Assembly: GCF_035285525.1 (NCBI RefSeq)
Contig: NZ_JAYKGW010000123.1
Location: forward strand, 1-32,000
Direction of reading: 5' to 3'
Origin: Okeania sp.
GTDB taxonomy: Bacteria; Cyanobacteriota; Cyanobacteriia; Cyanobacteriales; Microcoleaceae
Length of the DNA stretch: 32,000 bases
In this document: positions 26,401 to 32,000 of the stretch, piece after piece
Layout: each line of letters starts with the position of its first letter
Numbering within the stretch: the stretch's first letter is position 1
Position numbers and translations under genes: made by a program
Notes under the pieces: model-generated
What the model saw: the letters and a program-made list of their open reading frames with translations, nothing else
Databases searched by the model: none
What the model was told of the DNA's origin: nothing

Positions 26401-28560
26401 ATGTCCAAAAAGAAAAAGAATGGAAGCGAAACTCCTGTAGAAAAAAATCTTAGGGACTCACAATACTACTTTAATAGAGAATTTAGTTGGTTAGAGTTTA
26501 ACCGGAGGGTTTTATCTGAAGGTTTAGACTCCCGTACTCCCCTATTAGAACGCTTAAAATTTTTAGGAATTTTTAGTTCTAATTTAGATGAATATTTCAT
26601 GGTTAGAGTAGCAGTTTTAAAAAGACAAATAGAAACTCAAGTAAATAAATTGACCCCTGACGGTCAAACTCCCCAAAAACAACTTGATGGAATTAATCAA
26701 AGACTATTACCAATGGTTTCTTTACAACACCAATTCTTTGAGGAAAACTTACGACCAGAATTAGAAAAAAATGGCATCTTTATCCTCAATTATATAGACT
26801 TAAATAAAGAACAAAAAATATATCTAAAAAACTATTTTGCAGAACATATATTTCCTGTACTGACACCTCTAGCTATTGATGCTAGTCATCCTTTTCCTTA
26901 TTTATCTAATCTCAGTTTTAACTTAGCAGTAATTCTGAAAAATCCAGATACTCAAGAAGATTTATTAGCCAGAATTAAAGTTCCCAAAATATTGCCTCGC
27001 TTTTTGCTTTTACCAGAAAAATTACAAGTAAAAGAAAACGCTCAAACTATAAATTGGATGGGAGTTCCTCTCGAACAAGTTATTGCTCACAATTTGGGTT
27101 CTTTGTTTCTGGGTATGGATATTCAAGAGTATCATCTATTTCGGATTACTCGTGATGGTGACTTAGCAGTGCAAGAAGATGAGGGTGATGACTTACTGTT
27201 AGTGATAGAAAAAGAACTCCGAAAACGGCGTATCGGTGGTAATGTAGTCAGAATGGAAATTAATCCCACAATGCCACCTAAATTGAAAAAGATATTAATG
27301 GAAAAGCTGGAGTTGTCAGAAAAAGATGTCTATACAGTAGATGGATTACTCGATCTTAAAGATTTAATGTCATTCTTGGGGTTGCCATTGCCTCATCTAA
27401 AAGACCCAATTTGCACATCTGCTATGCCACCACGGTTGCGAAATTACAGTAATGAGATCGCAAATGATGACCTGAATGAGAAAAATGGAATTGACTTTTT
27501 TGAAGTAATTCGTCACAAAGATTTATTGGTACATCATCCATATCATTCTTTTGTGAACACAGTAGAAGGTTTCATTACTCAAGCAGCATACGATCCTGAT
27601 GTATTAGCGATTAAGATGACTCTATACCGCACTTCTGGAGATTCGCCTATTATTAATGCTTTGATTGCATCAGCAGAAAATGGCAAACAAGTAGCAGTAT
27701 TGGTAGAGTTGAAGGCAAGATTTGATGAAGAAAATAATATTCAATGGGCGCGGAAGTTAGAACAATCTGGGGTTCATGTGGTCTATGGTTTAGTCGGTCT
27801 CAAGACTCATACTAAAATTGTGATGGTGGTGCGTCAGGAGGAAGATAAAATCCGTCGCTATGTTCATATTGGCACTGGTAACTATAATTCTAAAACGGCT
27901 AAATTTTATACTGATTTAGGTTTGTTGAGTTGTCGTTCCGAGTTGGGAGCAGATTTAGCAGATTTGTTTAATTTCTTGACGGGGTATTCTCGGCAGAAGT
28001 CTTATCGGAAGTTATTGATTGCACCTGTGAATATGCGCGATCGCTTTATCCAAGTAATTCGTCGGGAAATTGAGAATTGCAAAAATGGTAATACTGGTCG
28101 TATCGTGGCCAAGATGAATTCTTTGGTAGACCAGGAAATTATTGCTAATTTGTATGCAGCATCTCAAGCAGGGGTGAAAATTGATTTGATTATCCGTGGT
28201 ATTTGTTGTTTGCGTCCGGGTTTGAAGGATATTAGTGAAAATATTAAGGTGATAAGTATTATCGGCCGTTATTTAGAACATTCTCGGATTTTCTATTTCT
28301 ACAATAATGGTAAGGAGGAGGTGTATATTGGTTCTGCTGACTGGATGCCTCGTAATCTTAATCGTCGGGTTGAAGCTATTACACCTGTGGAAGATCCGGA
28401 TATTGTGAAAGAGTTGCAAGAGATTATGGGAATTTTGTTATCTGACAACCGCCAAGCTTGGGATTTGCAAGCGGACGGTCAGTATATTCAGCGTCGTCCT
28501 AGCGATCATTCTCCAGAACTTGCTTGTCATCGAATTTTGATGGAAAGTGTAAATCATTGA
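26401..28560 (+). CDS. ppk1: Polyphosphate kinase 1
   Basis: The 719-aa ORF has PPK1 hallmarks: YYFNREFSWLEFNRRVL, LERLKFLGIFSSNLDEYFMVR, GLKTHTKIVMVVR (phospho-His region) and two PLD-like C-terminal domains (..IGSADWMPRNLNRRVE). Confidence 0.95.
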   Translation: MSKKKKNGSETPVEKNLRDSQYYFNREFSWLEFNRRVLSEGLDSRTPLLERLKFLGIFSSNLDEYFMVRVAVLKRQIETQVNKLTPDGQTPQKQLDGINQRLLPMVSLQHQFFEENLRPELEKNGIFILNYIDLNKEQKIYLKNYFAEHIFPVLTPLAIDASHPFPYLSNLSFNLAVILKNPDTQEDLLARIKVPKILPRFLLLPEKLQVKENAQTINWMGVPLEQVIAHNLGSLFLGMDIQEYHLFRITRDGDLAVQEDEGDDLLLVIEKELRKRRIGGNVVRMEINPTMPPKLKKILMEKLELSEKDVYTVDGLLDLKDLMSFLGLPLPHLKDPICTSAMPPRLRNYSNEIANDDLNEKNGIDFFEVIRHKDLLVHHPYHSFVNTVEGFITQAAYDPDVLAIKMTLYRTSGDSPIINALIASAENGKQVAVLVELKARFDEENNIQWARKLEQSGVHVVYGLVGLKTHTKIVMVVRQEEDKIRRYVHIGTGNYNSKTAKFYTDLGLLSCRSELGADLADLFNFLTGYSRQKSYRKLLIAPVNMRDRFIQVIRREIENCKNGNTGRIVAKMNSLVDQEIIANLYAASQAGVKIDLIIRGICCLRPGLKDISENIKVISIIGRYLEHSRIFYFYNNGKEEVYIGSADWMPRNLNRRVEAITPVEDPDIVKELQEIMGILLSDNRQAWDLQADGQYIQRRPSDHSPELACHRILMESVNH

Positions 28561-28562
28561 AA

Positions 28563-28587
28563 TAGGGAGTAGGGAGTAGGGAGTAGG
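28563..28587. repeat. STRR-like heptamer array (TAGGGAG x3.5)
   Basis: tagggagtagggagtagggagtagg, immediately after the ppk1 stop. The complementary motif array (CTACTCCCTACTTCCTACTCCCCACTCCCT) lies at 26289-26319, upstream of ppk1. Confidence 0.85.
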
Positions 28588-28706
28588 AGGAAAATAGTCA
28601 CGGGAAGCGATCGCTACTGGTGAGGGAGAAACCGGGTTTCTGAGTCAGGGAAAGAATTTACTATACTCATGCTATACTCAAATTTATCAAAAAAAGGTGA
28701 TTGACA

Positions 28707-28922
28707 ATGGTTAAAAAAATTGCCGTATTCAACCATAAAGCAGGAGTTGGTAAAACCACAACTGCATTTAATTTAGGCTGGATGTTGACTGAAAAGGGTA
28801 AAACAGTGATCCTTGCTCATACCGATCCACAGTGCAATCTAACTGGAATAATTTTAGGGGAGGGAACAGAGTATAACGAAAGTAGAATAGAAGCAATTTA
28901 CAAGATAGGTTCAAAATTATAG
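28707..28922 (+). pseudogene. N-terminal fragment of a ParA/Soj-like P-loop ATPase
   Basis: MVKKIAVFNHKAGVGKTTTAFNLGWMLTEKGKTVILAHTDPQCNLTG is a deviant Walker A region (KAGVGKT rather than KGGVGKT). The ORF stops after about 71 aa, whereas ParA proteins are typically ~250 aa or longer. Confidence 0.7.
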
Positions 28923-29272
28923 TGAATAAGATGAATAGTAATTCTTGGCTTGAGGATGAAATTAGAAAAAGTCTTGGATATAAAAGTTTTCAGCGACTAG
29001 ATAAAATAGCTGATGCAATCAGACTTATTTCAGATCAAAAATTATGGGATGAAGTTGGCGCTCAAATGGGTAAACCTAAGCCAGAAGATATCAAACAAAT
29101 CAAAGAACAGCTTAGTTGGATAGTAGATCGTAGAGATCAAATAGCCCACGAAGTTGATATAGAGCCTGACTATTATAATAAAGGAGAGCGTTTGCCTATA
29201 GATGAAAATATGGTTAATGATACAGTAGATTTTATTGACCAGGTTGTTAATAGTATTCATCAGGTTTTATAA
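28922..29272 (+). CDS. Small protein with an Rx4H motif (HEPN-like, possibly a RiboL-PSP/MAE-type C-terminal half)
   Basis: 116 aa from a GTG that overlaps the ParA-stub stop (TAGTG), with an alternative ATG at 28931. It has IVDRRDQIAHEVD (R-x4-H) followed by a helical ..VNDTVDFIDQVVNSIHQVL. Confidence 0.55.
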   Translation: MNKMNSNSWLEDEIRKSLGYKSFQRLDKIADAIRLISDQKLWDEVGAQMGKPKPEDIKQIKEQLSWIVDRRDQIAHEVDIEPDYYNKGERLPIDENMVNDTVDFIDQVVNSIHQVL

Positions 29273-29472
29273 GCCTAAAGTTGGGAAGCGATCGCCTCCC
29301 AACTACTCCCCAAATAACTTCCCTACCGAAACTTCCAGTCTAATGATATTCGGCAACTGTACACTTGGCAATGGTCATAGTCATAGCGATAGCGATCTCT
29401 CCTTTGATTTGATAGTTTTATGTGATAGCAGTTTTTAGGTCAATGAACCACATAGAAAAAATGATAACTCAG

Positions 29473-29550
29473 TAGGGACGTTTCGCTGCACGACATGTTT
29501 GCGGATCATTCCGGAACGGAAAACGCATTTTTGTTATGCAACGTCCCTAC
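29473..29550. repeat. Second copy of the GTAGGGACGTT...AACGTCCCTAC MITE-like element
   Basis: It aligns with 13270-13350 over its full length with a few substitutions. Confidence 0.8.
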
Positions 29551-29689
29551 AGTTTTTTTTCACAATTCATTTAGGATTGCTATTATAAACTGCATAAATA
29601 TTTGTTATAAATTATAGCAGTAAAGAATATTATTTCTCAGCCTAAAATTGGTTTTTTTCTATTCCCTATTCCCTTAACTAATAACTGAA

Positions 29690-29953
29690 ATGACTACTAG
29701 AAAATGTCCTAAATGTGAAACTAAATTTAAACTTCCTGACCTATCTTTTCCTTTCATATTGCCACCAACAGATCATGATTATGAATGGGTAGACAGTAGT
29801 GAAACACTTACTTGTCCTCATTGTAATTCTATTCTAATAGTATGGGCTAGGCAATATATTTATGAAGACAAAATAGAAATTGGTGAATTAAAATTATTAA
29901 AAGATGGAAAGGAAAATAAAAAGAAGAAAAAAAAAGGAAATAATAAGGGTTAG
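29690..29953 (+). CDS. Small zinc-ribbon-like protein with a poly-lysine tail
   Basis: 87 aa with CPKC...CPHC (two CxxC pairs) and a C-terminal KENKKKKKKGNNKG encoded by an A-run. Whether it is truly coding is uncertain. Confidence 0.45.
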   Translation: MTTRKCPKCETKFKLPDLSFPFILPPTDHDYEWVDSSETLTCPHCNSILIVWARQYIYEDKIEIGELKLLKDGKENKKKKKKGNNKG

Positions 29954-30182
29954 AGAAGAATTTGAAAAACTTTCTTTTAATAACTGAATTTGATATAAAT
30001 GGAAATTATTAATAAAAAAATAATTGATTTTATTGATGAATAGAGTTATAGTAATTATAAATGAATTGGTGACAAAAAACTGTAGGAGTTTGGTCTCCAA
30101 ACCCTCTATCATTAATGGGATTTGGAAACCAAGCCCCTAGGATAAAATCTTCAAAGATTATATAAAATCCGGTTGAAAAGTC

Positions 30183-30266
30183 GTCCCTATCGACGACAGG
30201 AAGCAATCTCAGGTGTTGAAGAGATTGCTACTTTCTACTCCGTTCCAGTCCCTGGGAACTTGGGTA
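30183..30266. repeat. Copy 2 of the ~84-nt repeat with the GGAAGCAATCTC hairpin
   Basis: GTCCCTATCGACGACAGGAAGCAATCTC..GAGATTGCTACTTTCTACTCCGTTCCAGTCCCTGGGAACTTGGGTA aligns with 14983-15066. Confidence 0.85.
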
Positions 30267-30323
30267 TATTAATTATGGGGATTTTATATTACTTAAAAAT
30301 TTTCAATTTTGACTTAAAAAATA

Positions 30324-31724
30324 ATGTCTAATCCTTTTCTTTCTCTCAATTATGAACCTGCTATTCAAACTTTAGGTAATGACTATTATGATGAAGTTCT
30401 TGCTGCTGAATTTCCCGAACATATTTTGCGATTTCGTAATGATAAATTACTCCCGAAAATAGGACTAAATTATCAAGATATTAAAGATGAACATTTTATT
30501 GAAGCTTTTGGTAAATTTCATTGTGTCGGACCTTTTTTAGCTCTACGTTATCATGGTTATCAATTTGGTACATATAATCCTAATTTAGGAGATGGTAGGG
30601 GTTTTCTTTATGGGCAAGTCCGAGGAATAGATGGTGAATTATATGATTTTGGGACTAAGGGTTCCGGTAGAACTCCTTATTCTCGGACTGCTGATGGTAA
30701 ACTTACTCTTAAAGGTGGAGTCCGGGAGGTTTTAGCTGCGGAAATGTTGCACCGTCATGGGGTTCGGACTTCCCGATGTCTGAGTTTGATTGAAACTGGG
30801 GAGGGATTATGGCGTGGGGATGAACCTTCTCCTACTCGCTCGTCAGTGATGGTGCGTTTTAGTCGTTCTCATATCCGGTTTGGTACTTTTGAAAGGTTGC
30901 ATTTTTTTAAGCGTTCCGATTTAACGAAAAAGTTATTAGACCATGTAATTGATTGTTATTATCCTCATCTGAAAGAAGAGAATAATTGCTATTTTTTATT
31001 CTATTTGGAGTTGATAGAAAGAGTTGCTAAATTAGCAGCTCAATGGATGACTGCGGGATTTTGTCATGCTGTATTAAATACAGATAATATGTCAATTACC
31101 GGGGAAAGTTTTGATTACGGTCCTTATGCTTTTATTCCCACTTATGATCCTAATTTTACAGCAGCTTACTTTGATTATTCTGGTCTTTATCGTTACAGTC
31201 ATCAGCCATTAGTTTGTAAATCAAATTTATATCTACTTCAAGAACCATTAGCAGCAATTATTGAGCGGGAGAAAATGAGAACTGCTTTAGACAAATTTGA
31301 TAATCTTTATCTACAAGAATATCGGCAATTAATGATGAAAAGATTAGGGTTTGAACAGTTGTCAGAAGTAGATGCAGAAAAGTTACTTCAGCTAACCATA
31401 AAAATGCTGAAAGATTCTCAGGTTGGATACCACGATTTCTTTTTAAAATTGAGACAAAAATTTTCTCCTCAATGGCGTGATGATATTAATCAAATTTTGG
31501 CTAATTTTGAACAGCCCGAATTAATCGAGCCGTGGCGACAATATTATTATCATCTTTTGCAGAATTATTCAGATAATGAATTAAAAGAAATGGGAAAAAT
31601 ATTACAAAAATATAATCCGCAACAAAGTTTAATTAGACCTATAATTGAATCAGTTTGGGAACCAATTATGCAAGAGGATAATTGGCAACCATTTTATGAT
31701 TTATTAGAGCGAATATATGATTAA
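30324..31724 (+). CDS. selO: Protein adenylyltransferase SelO (YdiU/UPF0061 family)
   Basis: 466 aa with family hallmarks: [73 protein letters not shown]. Confidence 0.92.
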   Translation: MSNPFLSLNYEPAIQTLGNDYYDEVLAAEFPEHILRFRNDKLLPKIGLNYQDIKDEHFIEAFGKFHCVGPFLALRYHGYQFGTYNPNLGDGRGFLYGQVRGIDGELYDFGTKGSGRTPYSRTADGKLTLKGGVREVLAAEMLHRHGVRTSRCLSLIETGEGLWRGDEPSPTRSSVMVRFSRSHIRFGTFERLHFFKRSDLTKKLLDHVIDCYYPHLKEENNCYFLFYLELIERVAKLAAQWMTAGFCHAVLNTDNMSITGESFDYGPYAFIPTYDPNFTAAYFDYSGLYRYSHQPLVCKSNLYLLQEPLAAIIEREKMRTALDKFDNLYLQEYRQLMMKRLGFEQLSEVDAEKLLQLTIKMLKDSQVGYHDFFLKLRQKFSPQWRDDINQILANFEQPELIEPWRQYYYHLLQNYSDNELKEMGKILQKYNPQQSLIRPIIESVWEPIMQEDNWQPFYDLLERIYD

Positions 31725-31737
31725 AGAAAGAGAAGTT

Positions 31738-31859
31738 ACAGCAGATTCCATATTGCTGAGGTATACCCACACAAACTTTCCGGCTCCCACTGAAAGGATT
31801 TAATTATTAAATCTGTACTTCTTATGCTTGAAATCTCCTGTATCAGAACTAAAGCCATG
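31738..31859. repeat. Copy B of the two-copy repeat family seen at 22079-22180
   Basis: ACAGCAGATTCCATATTGCTGAGGTATACCCACACAAACTTTCCGGCTCCCACTGAAAGGATTTAATTATTAAATCTGTACTTCTT, then a 20-nt insertion, then CAGAACTAAAGCCATGAAC. It starts 14 nt after the selO stop. Confidence 0.8.
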
Positions 31860-31926
31860 AACGCTATTGGTAGTGCATTGTTTCACCTTAAATGGTGCAA
31901 TAGCTGTAGGTTACAAAAATGTTTCT

Positions 31927-31958
31927 CCCCTACTCCCCTACTCCCCTACTCCCCTATT
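31927..31958. repeat. Octamer array (CCCCTACT x3 plus a variant)
   Basis: cccctactcccctactcccctactcccctatt, read directly. Confidence 0.85.
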
Positions 31959-32000
31959 TCCTAATGCACCATTTTAGATGAAACAGTCCAGTAGGGTGTG

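Noticed and set aside
29042-29438. ORFs 29042-29260 (minus) and 29235-29438 (plus).
   Set aside because: The first is antisense to the HEPN-like ORF and isoleucine/asparagine-rich. The second overlaps that gene's end and crosses a HIP1-centred hairpin (GTTGGGAAGCGATCGCCTCCCAAC), with no coding signal.
29897-30112. 71-aa minus-strand ORF.
   Set aside because: It is the translation of an A/T-rich spacer and poly-A run (FFFLLFIFLSIF). It overlaps the 3' end of the zinc-ribbon ORF and a dispersed hairpin repeat.

Overview
This 32-kb window looks like chromosomal DNA from a filamentous, Nostocales-type cyanobacterium. It has low GC, about twenty HIP1 octamers by eye (GCGATCGC, e.g. 660-667 and 2358-2365), STRR-like heptamer/octamer arrays and typical gene content. 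I call 14 intact-looking CDS. They are: a cNMP-domain/C39-like/ABC exporter with an upstream parvulin-type PPIase; a methyltransferase-glycosyltransferase fusion followed by a DxD-motif hypothetical; chlM; a DUF423 membrane protein; a 4-Cys/Ser-Thr kinase/WD40 protein; an SLH-OprB porin; ribBA; an MsbA/MdlB-type ABC exporter with a lysine/glutamate-rich tail; a 147-aa hypothetical; ppk1; a small Rx4H (HEPN-like) protein; a zinc-ribbon mini-protein; and selO. Three genes are decayed: a PhoX-family phosphatase (5' truncation, in-frame TAG, at least two frameshifts), a DDE transposase inside a 1.34-kb IS with ~48-bp terminal inverted repeats, and a 73-aa ParA-like stub. Roughly a third of the window is non-coding and holds at least ten families of short tandem or dispersed repeats and MITE-like hairpin elements. 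I saw no rRNA, tRNA, CRISPR array, reverse transcriptase or cas-like gene. I do not see a complete, convincing novel multi-gene system. The items most worth a second look are: (i) a 4 x 92-bp tandem array upstream of chlM, reminiscent of tandem sRNA arrays in Nostocales; (ii) the ABC exporter, whose cNMP-binding and C39 domains both appear degenerate; (iii) the ParA-stub/HEPN-like/zinc-ribbon patch; (iv) the IS and the MITEs that share its termini, one of which sits 38 bp upstream of ribBA; and (v) several conserved hairpin or sRNA-like repeat families. All product calls rest on motif recognition by eye, and no searches were run.
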